A DNA stretch of 54,366 bases, filler included, from Sphacelaria rigidula (GCA_964200075.2; 4 parts of 4 records of this genome joined end to end with filler, not necessarily neighbours in it); one strand, 5' to 3'; positions 19,446-32,669 are shown, counted from the whole stretch's first letter. Notes: generated by a model not told the origin, from the sequence alone. Made by a program: numbers and translations.

Positions 19446-21570
19446 ACCGCTTGTATTTTCGTCAGAATCCGGTATCGCTGAAAATCTAGCAGAAGTGCAA
19501 TATATGCTGCCGTCTGATTGATGAAATCATGCCTCCACGGATTCTGGCAAAAGGCACGCGCGGTGTACCTGTTAGTGACAACTCAAGTTGACTTTCACCG
19601 GTTTTTGGCGCTCGACATGCCTGACCGCAGGTTCCCGGCGAACTCGAAAAATATGCAGGTCACCGTCGACTCTGTTACCTTTCGGCGGCTGGCCGCTTGG
19701 TGTCCGGAGTTTTGTTTCGGTTGGGCCTGGAATCGTCCATTTTTGTACGCACTGGCCTAAATCCGGCAGGTATTTACCCAGAATAGGGGGCGCGACCTAT
19801 TTGCAGATGGGGTACGCAAATAAGAGCGAGCAGGTTGCGGACGCCCCAAGAGCCAAATCCGCAAGAAACCCAACTTTAGATGATGAACACACTAAACAAC
19901 AATCGTCCTCCACAGCAGCTCACAGCAGGGCAGTAACACCGAACAGATGTTTCTTGTAGTAGGGCAGGATACCGCAAACTTAGGCGGCGATGAGTTCTCT
20001 GCTTGACATTACCGGGAATAATCAAGTTAACAGTTTTTTCATCAAGCACCTCTTTGAGGTAATTTCTCAAAGAACAAAAAGAATGTTGATGCTGCGGCGT
20101 CATGGACAACGTGTCATCAGCTGAGTGTTTAAGCATTATCCTGTCACGTGTGTGTGCGATTACGTAGCCACAACTGTCCATACCCGCCGCAGCCTATGCG
20201 GGGAAAATAGTGTACCCGGGCAGATGACATGTTCATGGATACGGCGATACTCTGAGCACTCTACGACACACGGCGTATACACGCAAGGAGGGGATTGGAT
20301 TTGTGAAGTCACACCATCATCGTACTACAAGTAACTTTGTCTGCTGATTGTTGTGCGGACTGTATACTCTATACAGCGGACAACAGGCAACCGTAGTACA
20401 GTAGTATTATACTGTGCAGGGCTTATAGTGTTCTGTCGAGTTGACAAGTAGTACGATACAGGAACACTCCTACTACTCCTGCTGCCACCTCGATAGCCGG
20501 CACAGTGTACAGGCAGCGTGGTGTCCTGTACAACAGCAGTGTAACAGGCGGGATTCTCGATAGCAATCAGCTGATGCGTGTACATTCGGTGTGTTCAGAG
20601 CATGCATTCAATCGAGCATGCACGATGTTTGGTCGGCCAAGAATTCAACACGACTGTTGACTTCTCAATATCGAGTAGAGAGCTCATCGCCGCCGACGTA
20701 GGTGGTCTCCTGCCCTAAGATAACATCCTTTCTTGCCCGCCCTGCTGTGGACTGTTGTGGAGTGCGACTGACCGTTGTTTCGTGTGTGTAGCATTTCGAC
20801 TTGAAATTGGGTTTATTGTGGATTTGGTTCTGGAGGCGTTCACGACCTGCACACTCTTATTTACATACCTCACCTGCAAATAGGTCGCGCCACAACAGGG
20901 GGGCATGGGCAAACGGTCGGCAGTTTTCTCGAGCTGCGGGATTGCTGTCGCCGCCTTCGTGTTCACTGTGCATCGGCACGTGCCTGCACATTGTCTGGCT
21001 GTACACTGACGCGCTTTGACGTCAGCCGTCAATTTGTAAGGTATGCATTACTCTTTGGGGTTGAACACAAGCTAGCTGCCGTTCCCATCCCTTTTCCGTT
21101 GGTTGACTCAACACCCCTCACCAGCCGAGAACAGTCAGCGAGTGACATATTTGTTGTGTTTTTGACCGCGTTTTTTCTCCACCGTCTGCCCGTCTATTTC
21201 GAAGCTGTGGAACAACTGCGTGATTGTGTTTAGAGCCCTTCATGGGTTGGAATGGTGGTGGTCGGAATGACAAAACACAACTCTCGATATTTCGCGGCCA
21301 GTCTCCGTAAGGTAACATAGTGTTTTGTGACGTATACATGTTTTCGGGTTGACCGGGAACCTGCGGTCAGGCACGTCGATGGCAAAAAACCGGTGAAGTC
21401 GTCGCCAAAAACCGTGAAAGCCACACTGAGTTGTCACTAGCAGGTACACCTGGCGTGCCTTCCGCCAGAATCCGTTGGCGGCGTGAGTTGGTCAATCAGG
21501 TAGTAGCGTTTGTTGTATCTCTGAAGTGGATTTTCAGCTATTCCAGTTTTTGGCGAAAATTCAAGCGGTA
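19445..21570. repeat. Long inverted duplication (19445-19965 vs 20712-21570)
   Basis: GGATTCTGGC..AAGGCACGC..GGTGTACCTG.TAGTGACAACTCA and CCTGACCGCAGGTTCCCGG occur in opposite orientations, as does GCGCGACCTATTTGCAG. Confidence 0.75.
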
Positions 21571-23750
21571 AACCGGTTTTTGGCAATCGCCCAAATAGGG
21601 ACCAAAACATCGCCGGCTCTGCGCGATAGCACCGAAGGTATGTGCTCACGACATGGCGCCGCTAATGTCCCATGCTTTCCGGTGCATGTTTACGGGAGTT
21701 GATTGTTTCTGTCGTTCACCCAATGCAGGTGTGAATGCTTTCCTCCGTGCGGCACGCAGGACTTCCTCGAGCACCGATTTGCGCACATCCGAGCCGGGCC
21801 GGGTTCACACAGGAACCCGACGAAGGGGTAGGCCGTGTCCGTGGTGCGCCATGGCGACTTGGTGCGTACCGTTTAGGGAGAACAGCGCCGGAATGCATCC
21901 CGTAGGGACCCGAACCGGGGCAACATCCACTTCCTGGTTGATCTGGGAGGGACGGGAGCGGTATCGGTGTTGTCAACCAATGCTGCCGAGGGAAAGACGC
22001 GGCTAAAATCTCCAACTGGAACTGTGTCGCCCATGTGGTTGGGCCCCGGCAGGGGAATTGGATTAGACCGGAGAGCACGTCCCGGTTCCCACGGACCAGT
22101 AGTCGTAGTGGAAACTTGTGATGGGGGAGGCATCTTGGCCGGCAAGTAGGTTTGAGCACGGGTGGAGTTTACGCAGAGGTCGCCATAGCGCGTAGGCTAC
22201 GAGTGGGTTGTCGATACAGCTTTTGCCGACGCCATCGTTTTTTTTTTTTATAATGCCAAAGTTAGGAATTCGATCAGTGATGAGGTGACTTTTTATGGGG
22301 ACGAATCTCGATTCTGTGGGGCCCCCAATCTGTGCATAATTGGGGGGACTCATGTTTGCTAAAGTCAGATCCGTGGGGACCCCTTTATAGTCTTACAGAT
22401 TTGTGAAGTAGTTTTGTGCACGGACGGTCGTTTCCTGCATGAGTGTGGTATCGCGTGCTAGTGGAGCCGAAGAAGAGCAGGCAGGCGGTGGATCATACTT
22501 CGAGTACAGGGCCGGACCGTGGTACCCTCCATCGCCACCGCAATACACGATAGTGCCGTGTGGTAACACATGATGGCACAGTCGGTATTGCGAGAACAAT
22601 AAATAGTGTGCGAGAAGAGTTCAGCAGCGCAGTGCCGTACATCACCCTGCAAGTACAGTGACAACAGAGAGAAGGATAGTTTAGTACCGTTGGTCATGGT
22701 AGTACATATGGCAGCGTAGTGCAGCTGAAACATTACCATCGCCGCAGAGTACCGCGTCAACACTTCTTATCCGCTTGTCAAACCCATGCGATGCTGCTGC
22801 AGCAGCCGGCGGAGAGGCACGGCCTGCGCTGTCGCCAGGCTGTCTGCTGCTGTGGTCGCAAATATATTAAACGCATGTTGCCCTGTCGCCGTACGTCACT
22901 GCATGTACGTCACCTCGTGCAGACTGCGTAAACCTCAACTTTCCCCCAATTTCCCGCCAAATCGGGGAACATCGTCGTCAAATCGTGACATCCCGGTTTG
23001 AACTTCCCCGATCTGGTCCATTTTGGGGTCCGCAGAATGCGTTTCCCGATTTGAGCTTCCCGATCTGCGTACAGGTCGAGATTGGTGACTGCCAGTAAAA
23101 AACAGTCCTACCCTTCGCGCCTACAGCAACAGATCAGCCTTTAACTGGCCACTTCAGCGAGCTCATGATGAGTGGATTACACCGGGAAGTTGCGAGTCGT
23201 GGTTGGCATTTTGTTTTGCTCTGTTGAATGCGGTTCCGTCGTTGATATCATGTATCTCGCTCTACGTCTACGTTTCCGTGTCTGTAATTTCGTCCGCGAC
23301 ATCGCGAGCATGAGCAGGTTAATATGACCGCTGTGGCAGATGTCACCTCCATAGACTTGTTTTGATTTTTGTTTGGCCGCCTGATGCCACTTGCTATGTC
23401 CAAGAGGTGAAACATACGTAAAAAACTGCCTCGTTGGCCCTTGACGGTCATTCCACGCCGCGAAAGACGTCGAGGCAGGTGTTGGCACCTTGAAACTATT
23501 TGCTGCAGTTGGTTGTTGACACGCTTCGCAGACACGTTTTCGTAATCCGCTTGCGATCATTTTCCACACTTGCGTTCCCATCATCAAATGGTCACGTCGA
23601 CAAGAACCTGGAAGTTTCGTGTTTCACATTCTTTGTCGACTCCAACATTGTTCACAACAAAAGTGTGAAAAAAAACTCCACTGCTGCAATCTGAAGATTC
23701 CGGGGAGTAATGGCGTAGCCTTTCGTTCAGTGGCAATACCTGGGTACTAT

Positions 23751-24075
23751 CACCCCGGTGGCTCAGTTGGTAACCTCGAAACCTTCTGACGGTTGGGTCG
23801 TGGGTTCAATTTTGTATACAACAGTGGAGAGGGACTGTGTCGTGAGTATACAAAATTCGACTTAACAGTTGACGAGGAAAAGGGACTGGTGAACGCCTCT
23901 CGCGATAAAAAATAAAAAAGGCAAGCACCGCAGAAGGAAGGTGGGGTACTAGAAAGAAAAAAAAAGCTTCTGTGTTGAACTTCCTCCTGTGTGACCCCGG
24001 CTGGTGCGTCCACATATACCGAAAGGTGTAGACCGGCGTCCAGAATATATGGGATGACAACACACATACACAATA
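23751..24075 (+). mobile_element. tRNA-derived SINE family A, near full length
   Basis: A box GGCTCAGTTGG, B-box-like GGGTTCAAT, conserved body, CA-rich tail; homologous to 47560-47939. Confidence 0.8.
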
Positions 24076-24834
24076 CCCGCCTCCGAGGTAAGCCAGCCTC
24101 GCACTGGATGTGCGCAGTGCAGGCCCACGCTTACTTTACACTCGAGAGTCGGATATTCAAATTTGGCGTACAGGATGGGCACCGCGTATTGGCTGAAACG
24201 GTTCGGGATATAAAGACTTCGTATCGCCATGCGGTAGACGACGCAAACAAGATCCCTTCTTCGCGACAATAGCCGAAAGCCACGAAGGAATATTTAGCAA
24301 CGCACTTTTTTTTGTCAATCTCTATTTATTTCCCACGTCAAATGTGGGAATCTGGCCCTCGAAGTGGAGATGATGGGTGTGTGGGCAGGCCGATTTTCGT
24401 AACATTTTTCATGTAGGCCATCCATTCACCACCCCCGTTTTCGTGATTGCTCTTTGACATGCTTTCTGGAGAATCGCTAGGGCATGGTGACCTATAAACA
24501 AGAATGGCCCACCAGGGCTATTTTTTCATGAGTTGAGGATCTCCTAGTGTAGCAACGACAGTGTCATGCCGATGACGTTCGTAGCTCACGAAGCAACACA
24601 CAAAAAAATCAAGACCCGCCTGGGTCGTGTTTACGATGTGCCCTTGCGATTTGCCATACAGTACGAAATTGGTAACAAGCAGAGACTCTGACTTGAGAGG
24701 GAAAAGCTATGCACATTTATCACGGAACTATCCTTCCCTCGAATTTCCATGTCCCTCACCCCTCTCTTTATTTACTGCCTCCGATATCCCCCACCAGACT
24801 TAAGAGCAGCACACGTAGGACGAGTCATTTCTCG

Positions 24835-25075
24835 TCGACCCAAGTGCACTCGTGGATGTTTTTTGAAAACACAACGAGCATGACTCGTGTGCTCGAATCA
24901 GTTTTTTTACAACGAGTAATGACTCGTGTGCTCAAGTCATTCAGTTCTTTACAACGAGCAATGATGACTCGTGTGCTCGAGTCATTCATTTCTTCACGAC
25001 GAACAATGACTCGCGTGCTCGCCCTATAAATGTACTACTCAAGAGATACTCTCCGCCGCCCTAGTAGAACTCCGA

Positions 25076-25123
<48 letters not shown>

Positions 25124-25655
25124 TTGTAGGGGAGGGGGGGGATGCTTGAATCAAATGAAAACGATCTTTGAAGTTTGACGCTGGTACATGTGCAGATATG
25201 CACATGAACATGAAGATTCTAGGTTCAAGATCGTCCAAGAGCTCATTATCACTATTTGCTCGTCGGATTGCTGACTCCTCCACTCAAGTTCACCACGAGC
25301 AATGACTCATATGCTCGAGTCATTTACTTCTCCACCACGAGCGATGCCTTGAGTACTCACCCTATATTATTTTTTTCGACAACAAGCAACGGCTCGAGTG
25401 CTCGTCCTGTTTATTTTCCCACAACGAGCAAGGACTCGAGTGCTCGCTCTATTATTGATGTTTTTCACAACGAGCAATGACTCGAGTACTCGCCCTATTA
25501 TTTTTTTCCACAAAGAGCAATGACTTGAGTGCTCGCCCTACTAAATTTTTCCACAACGAGCAATGACTTGAGTGCTCATCCTATTAGTTTTACGGCCAAC
25601 GAGCAGCCCAACGAGTGCGAGTGCCACGAGTCATACTCGTGCTCGTCTGACGTGT
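24835..25655 (-). mobile_element. CAC-terminated element with array of ~40-bp subterminal repeats, interrupted by (GT)n
   Basis: About 8 units CACAACGAGCAATGACTCGAGTGCTCGCCCTATTATTTTTTTC at 25270-25600 and about 4 shorter units at 24870-25025; ends ...CGTCTGACGTG; unique part matches 12900-13015. Confidence 0.65.
25078..25120. repeat. (GT)n microsatellite
   Basis: About 21 GT units. Confidence 0.95.
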
Positions 25656-27134
25656 GAAAAGAACCACCACTTTTCTGACACGCGAAAATAAAATGTAGTG
25701 CGTGTTGTGTGAGTGCACGTGAGATATGGAGCCAAATTAAAAAAATATTGACAGCACCGCGACTAGTTTAGGCGCCGTGCTTGTCCGTTGAGGATTTTTT
25801 TTTTTTTTTTACGGAAAGGCGGGAAAGGCACGGCACGGGTGTAATTTGCGCACAAAAGACATGGCGCGGGCACGTTGCACCTCAACTCCCACCGGCGGGG
25901 TATTGTCATCTTCTGCTTTTAGAGCTTACGTCAAATTAGCGCAATTCCTTGATATCATTGGTTCTTTCTTTCCGACCCGTGGTCACGGGGTGCAAGGAGC
26001 CCACCACCCATGACCATGAAACCAAGAATTGACAGAGGATGCCTTTACACAAGAACGGTACACAAAAAGAACGAGCCCGCACGAACCGATCGAACTTCAA
26101 GGAACACACTGCAAGCTGATAAACTACTGGCGTGCTATCTAGACGACCATTTTACCACCAACTGCTGCATATACGTGTAAAAACAGCAAACAAACGCAGG
26201 AATCGACATGTCGCAGGCACCGAGAACCATCCCGTAATAGACCTAGTAATTTTGGAAAATATTCCAGGTTCAAGGAAACGAGGAAATAGCTTCATCACCC
26301 AAGCATCAACTGACTTGGCTCAACATCAACATCAAGTGAGTTGATCACCCTATTATTAGTTCGATGTACTACCCAGAGCTAATCCAAGTTCGAGAAACTC
26401 ACATCTTCTTGCCCTAGAAGCAGAAAATTCGTAATGTATAGGAAATAATTAAAAACCAAGGCCATATGGAACTTGGGACACTCCTGATTCGCCCCAATCT
26501 TGGCCCCCAAAACGCACCGGGAAGAAAAAGTTGATTTGACCACGTTACTGTACAGAAGACGACGCAACGCCGAAAGAACCGGAGCCCAACATGAGAAGAA
26601 ACGATGCCGCTAAAAAGTCACAGACGCTGCCGGAAGCTGACATGGATGATGTCGGATGTGACGAAGTCCGTCACGTTCCGAGTGTAGACATCTGGTTCTG
26701 AAACGCATCACGGTAGAAAGAAGGTGGGCAAGGGGCAAAGTAAAGGAACGAAGAGACGTGAACAAGCGTGCAGGCTAGAGATTGCGCTGAGACATGTTGG
26801 AAGCAAAAGAAAAGGCTGCCACCGATGAAAGCAAGCATTGAAGGTGGGAGAGGGCAGGATGAAAATGGAACTATACATAGTGGAGAGAAGGTTGAACGGG
26901 GAAAATGAATGTGTAGTTGTGGTACTTACCGGAAACGGTGGTTCAGTTTCCGGCTCCGCTCCTGATAGCCGTGGGCCGGGTACCCCGTCGGGTAGGATTA
27001 GTATTTCTATTTCCGGGTGGAGGATTGGTTTTGCTTGGTGGCGTCACGGGGACGCCTCCGGGGGGGGGCGTGTACTCACGATCATGCATGTCATAGTCAT
27101 CAGATCATTGACCTCGCATCCCTACAAAGCCGGG

Positions 27135-27234
27135 NNNNNNNNNNNNNNNNNNNNNNNNNNNNNNNNNNNNNNNNNNNNTTAATTAATTAANNNNNNNNNN
27201 NNNNNNNNNNNNNNNNNNNNNNNNNNNNNNNNNN
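27135..27234. other. Artificial contig spacer
   Basis: N44-TTAATTAATTAA-N44. Confidence 0.97.
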
Positions 27235-27369
27235 CAGCCCAACTCGTCTGTGTCGATGAGATATTGCTTTCAGAGCTTAAATCCGTTTTGAGGCTGGCCC
27301 AGCTCGTACACGCCATACAAATTTGGATTTCGATAACTGAAATGTTGGGGTATAAGGTGAAAATGTTTT

Positions 27370-27600
27370 TTGGGGATTGTCGGGGTCCGATCGGACGCCA
27401 AAGTTGGTTCTTCACCTAGGACTCCGACATTTCGGGTATCGAATACCAAATTCGTATGGCGTGTAGTAGCTGTCCGTAGCTACCAGCAAGTAAAGAAATA
27501 GAAGCATATTTTGAAGATTTGGTGTGGATACGAAGATTTTAATTCTCCGGGTTTTCATCCCCAATAAAAGATCCATCCCCAATTTGTCAAATCCCGTGTT
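27370..27600. mobile_element. One arm of the palindromic MITE family seen at 33089-33530
   Basis: CCTAGGAC...TTTGGTGTGGATACGAAGATTTT...ATCCATCCCCAATTTGTCAAATCCCGTGTT. Confidence 0.75.
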
Positions 27601-27800
27601 TACTTCCTTCGAAACAATTTTGGGGCTGGTTTGGGCGGGAGCTATCGCAGCATCACTTGCATGAAATGCGTTTTGAAGCACTGAGTGTACATCTTGATCG
27701 GATAGCTCTGTATGGGGTTAGTGTAATGACCACATCGGTATCTGATCTGAAACAATACAGGTGTGTTTACCGAGTGTACCATGAGACCGATTATATTAGA

Positions 27801-28145
27801 GCCGCCGCGCCCCGGTCGTCTAAATTAAAATGATGCAACTGACACAATTAGGGCGGAAAGAACCATAATTCTTGCCAGATGCGTCGTTTTTTTTCTCAGA
27901 ATCATCTCATTTCCGTTGTCGAAAGCGTGTGGACGTGATCGAGCAGCAACAATAAATGGGTTATGGAACTGAGTCTATCTGATGAGAGCCGACGCGGTGC
28001 GGGGGTGAGTACTAGCAGTCATGATCCAATCTGCGAGACCAAAACGCAATACACACGCTGTACCGAGAGAAATATATCGGTTGATCCCTATGGACCACGG
28101 ACTCGTCCCGAGGAAGGAAAGGGATTTGAAGTGTGACAAGAAAAG
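27801..28145 (+). mobile_element. tRNA-derived SINE family B, diverged copy
   Basis: GCCGCCGCGCCCC head...GACGCGGTGCG...GACCACGGACTCGTCCCGAGGAAGG...; matches 44367-44681. Confidence 0.7.
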
Positions 28146-28453
28146 TCAACTAACGCTCCCTCCTGTATACCGTGACCCCATCTTTTCGTGAAAAAAATGC
28201 ACCCTCCCAGCTTAGAGCTACAGATAAATGCACCACGAAAAAATCCGATAATCTGAGCAAAGTGACCCGCCAAAATATTCATGTATACTTAATATATATG
28301 CTGTGCGAGTCTCAGGGGTTTGATTCCGGCGGCATCTTTGTCAAGAAATGAAAGTATCATCATCGTCCTCGTCGTCATCATCATCAGCAGCAGAACCATC
28401 ACTACTCAATTGCAATGTGAAGAATGAATGTAGGCGTACACACGCGGCCATCT

Positions 28454-28778
28454 GGCTACCCCCCCAAAATACCTTCGGAGGGATGCGCGACCCTCCGGAG
28501 GCAAAAAAAGCCTCCCGAGGCCTTCAATCCCTCTGGAGGAAACCAAACACTACCGATCTGGAGGGCCGCGCACCCCTCCGGAGGAATTTGGGGGTAGCAA
28601 AATGGCTTCGGAGAGGTGCGCGGCCCTCCAGAGGCCAGAACAAGTCTCCAGAGGCGTTTAATCCCTCCGGAGGAAACAAAAAGATTTCCTCTGGAGGGCT
28701 GCGCACTGCTCCGGAGGCGTTTCAATCCTCTGGAGGCTCGAAAAGTTGACAGAGTTGGAGGAATTTTGGGGGTAGCTA
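28454..28778. mobile_element. MITE-like element with TIR (GCTACCCCC..AAAAT) and internal CCTCCGGAGG palindrome repeats
   Basis: GGCTACCCCCCAAAAT ... ATTTTGGGGGTAGCT; about 11 copies of CCTCC/TGGAGG-type units. Confidence 0.65.
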
Positions 28779-28938
28779 AATAGCCGCGTGTGTATCTGAC
28801 ACACCTCGGTTGGCAGCGGATCGGATGTTGCCAGTCACTCTCACCCCTCCCCACCAACGTTTTGGTGACAGAACGAAATGACAACATCATCAGCAAGATG
28901 CATTACTATGTCGCCACTCTGCGCCACTCGTGTAACCG

Positions 28939-29243
28939 AACAACGTTTTTGTGAGATTGAGAGTAGAGGATACGATTGAGAGTGAAAAGCGGCAAATTTA
29001 GTGGATGAATCGTTTCAGTTCCGAAATGTCCCTCCACGAGGCCCGATATGCTTCCTGTAGTAGCTTGCCACTGAGGCCCTTGATATCCCTGAGTAGAATA
29101 TCGACGCGTAGCTCTAAGCACACGCCAGTGATGGAGGCAAAGAAAAAGACACACGGAACGAAAAGTAAATGAGCTAAGTTAAAGCGAACGATCAAAGCCA
29201 CTCTCAATCAGCGCTCTACTCTTAATCTCACGAATACGTTGTT
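28939..29243. mobile_element. MITE, ~300 bp (copy 2)
   Basis: Same TIRs and body as 11621-11920. Confidence 0.8.
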
Positions 29244-32200
29244 ATATGTCGGATGCCAGCAAATAACGCCCATGCATGGCGAAGAAGGTGGGCCGGGGTG
29301 AGACGATACACCCCCATCTGGCCCGCGGCCAATTCAAAACGCAATCGAAATCATGTAGGAAATTGGGGCCCCTGGTTGCTGCCCCTCGGTACTATTTATC
29401 CGCCCTTACATGCGTGCAACAAGGCCTTGTATATGTGCGACAAATTCTCGGCGCTATTCAAGGGTCAAATCGCACCACTGTCTAATGCCATAGTTCTACT
29501 GTAGTCGACTATCAGTAGTATGGGTCGTGCGAGTCTCGTTAGAAGTTGCTGTGTTAATACGGTGTTCTCGTGCGCGGATACTCGCAAGAAATACAACTGC
29601 TGTGCAAGTGCTTCAGCGAACTTGTTCAGAGAGAAGTACCGTACAACTCTTCGACCTCGCACCATCGGGGCGCGGGAATATTATTTGACGGCATTTCGTT
29701 CTTTAGTTGTTTGAACGCCCCCTGTGCGGAGTCAAGGTGCCGTGCGATACGAGATATGATGTGAACAAAGCTAGGCGCACTTCACATAACGTGTAGCCAG
29801 CATTAAATGAAGAGCACGCATCCACGGTATCGCGCAGGAAGGGAGCATGTAAAGGTAAAGTGATGCTACGGTAGGGGTGCACGAATAGTCTCTGAGGTTA
29901 GAATTGTTAAGAGCCCTTTATCTCATCCAAAACACGACTTATGAAATATGTGAGAGTACGCCAGGAACCAAACCAATTTACGTATTTCGTTTTCACATGG
30001 AATCTATACATTATGGGCAACACTGTGTGCGTGCTGCAGACCCAGTTCATTCAGCGTGGCCGCCACTCATCGGTATGTCATCGTGCCCGCAGCGCACGAA
30101 TGCACAACAACCCTACTATTCCAATGTGCTAAGGATATCCCGAATGAATTTGCAAACGGGGATGCCCTAACCCATATTCCTGTGCATCTGGAATCGTCAG
30201 GAGCCCCTGAACCAGACAAGATTTGCGCAAGAAGTGCACTCCTACCGTAGCATTGCTCAGTACCAGAATTGAGTGATTGGATTCATAACTTCATTTCCTC
30301 ACGGGCATCTGAATCACTTCACCACGATCATCCCACGGTGTCCGTGTAAGGGGGAAATAGTGAAAGTATTTATGAAACGATTTCACACCTCTACATTCAC
30401 TCATGTTATCACGGTAAATGTTATACGGCTAGTTTTCCCACGAAACATGCATGTGTCGGCGTTGATCATACCACGCACCGTTTCGTCGATCAACACCGGC
30501 TATCCTTGCTTGACCTTCGTCGTTTGCTTCCCAACAGATCTTCGTTCTTCTCGCCCCTGGGGTCGGTCAGCTGTTATATCTTCTAGTCCTCTGGCCACCA
30601 TCCTTCCAGAGCTTGGGGGAGTCCTGACAGTTCTCGCCGAGGCCAAGGACAAAGATCACGGAGATCCCCCAAAGGAGAGGTGCCAATACCTCCAACATTG
30701 TGGAGAACAGCTCGGTTTTCCTATTAGTAGTATTACTCGTGCCTTGCTACCTGTTTTTGCTCGTTCCCGTGGCCCCTCGATATTTCCAGGGGTTCAGTGT
30801 AATATGTGCGCTCACAGCATATGCGTTTGTCTCCTCTGTACAACGAGTACGTACTTCTCTTGCTGTGCCCATTGAATCATAGAGCCCCCTGCCCACAAAC
30901 ATATCCACAGGTCCATTTCCATTATTCCCAGTCGTGCCCCTCGAAATTATAACGCAGAGGTGGAAAAAGGCGAAAACCCCTACCCCTGGGTTTTCGCTAT
31001 TTCGGGGAGACTATGTGCGCTACAACCCTCGCGTTTTAACCAACCCACACTCAAGAAGTACCTGTTCTTATCATCTGAGTGCTAGTCCCAAGATGGTGTG
31101 CTTCAGCCATATATTCCATTCTCGTCTCCGGCGCGCATCCAACAGCCCCCCCGTTCATAGATAGGACGGAACAGGCGGGTCGAGACACTGGCGATAACGA
31201 GACCAGGGCGGCAGCTGGCCCCGCTGCCGGCGCGGGCCCTTCCGCATCTGGCGGCGGCGTCAACAGTGGCCAGCGTGGACGAGAGCGAAACTCCTGTGGA
31301 TGGCTGCGGGTTGGACAATCCCAGCGATGAGGACGGGAGCGACGAATTACACATCGGTGACAATGCCGGCCACGAGTCTGGGTACAAGCGAGTTCACCGT
31401 TCCACATTTCCCTTGGGATTCCAGGTAACCTTCGTTTTTTCTTGAGAGCCCAGAGGTGAATTCGAAACAATCATATGGATGCTCGGCAGATTTGTGCTTG
31501 TATGCTTTGTGCGCCATACGCCACTCTGGGCATGCATGAGCAACATTCACACTTTTTGGATGGGCGTGTTTTCTTGAAAGGTATTCACAGCAGTGTACCG
31601 CACAGCACACTCCACACAGCGTTCGCTATATTGGTGTTGGCTTCCTTCTCTTTTGACGAAATATCGACGATCCTCGTGATCGCTCATGTTTATTGTCGGT
31701 ACCCGGATTTGGGCAGTATCTTGTGCAGCAACAACGGGAAACGTGACGACTACCAGCGTATCTTGCCAAGCAAATATTCGTACAGATGTGGTGTGGAGTG
31801 GTGCTATGGAAGGCTCAAACATTTTCTGAGGCTCGAATTGTCAGAAGCCCTCGATCTCACCCAAACGATGACTTATGGAACATGTGAGTACGCCACGATT
31901 AGCATTCCAATGGGAAAGGGGTAAGCCGAACGGATTTGAAAACGGGAATGTCTTCACCCATATTCGTGTGTAGCTCGTAACTTTTAAAAGCCCCTGAATG
32001 AGAAAGATTTGGGCCGTAGCATGACTGTCGTGGTCTGATCACGAGGTGATACTAGCGTCACTCTCAAAGAATACGCCCGGCCCGGGGTGACACGAGGTCA
32101 GCGGCTGGCCACATTGAACAATCGCAGTCGAGAGGAATGACCCTTGAGCTCGTGCGTAACAGACCATCGAGTCCGATAAGCACTGCATCGCAAGGCCAAG

Positions 32201-32669
32201 CAGGGACTCACTTTCACGTGCAGAAGAGGTGCTCTTGACTTACTTGCAAGCGAGATGTCTCCAAGTGGTGGGTGATAGCTCTGTTATTAATTAGCCTTAC
32301 TTAGGTAGCTAAACGAGAGTTGCTGGGCGATGGAAGTTGTGAGGGCGTTGGGCTCCGGTCAAGGACGCCCGATTGGAATACAACACCAACATGCGAATGG
32401 AATAAGATCTACTGCACATGCCACGCGTACAGCAAAACACCTACTACACATACAGTCGATATCCGCCGTAAAATGACTGTGGACGAAGACAACAGCAGCA
32501 CACAGGAGAGTGGCCCGACGTGCGCTGCTTTAGATATCATCGTGATGATCCCAAAGACTGTTGTCAGTTCATTCATCACTCCTCGTCTCCATTGCTAACG
32601 GCTGGACGAAGAGTAGCTATTGCCAAATAGCTGCGAGTGGGAGAGGAAAATAGATTGCGCCGATCGAAT

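Noticed and set aside
25270..25600. CRISPR-like array of ~40-bp palindromic repeats
   Set aside because: No unique spacers, degenerate units, no cas genes, eukaryotic context, and a second copy lies in a transposon-end-like element.
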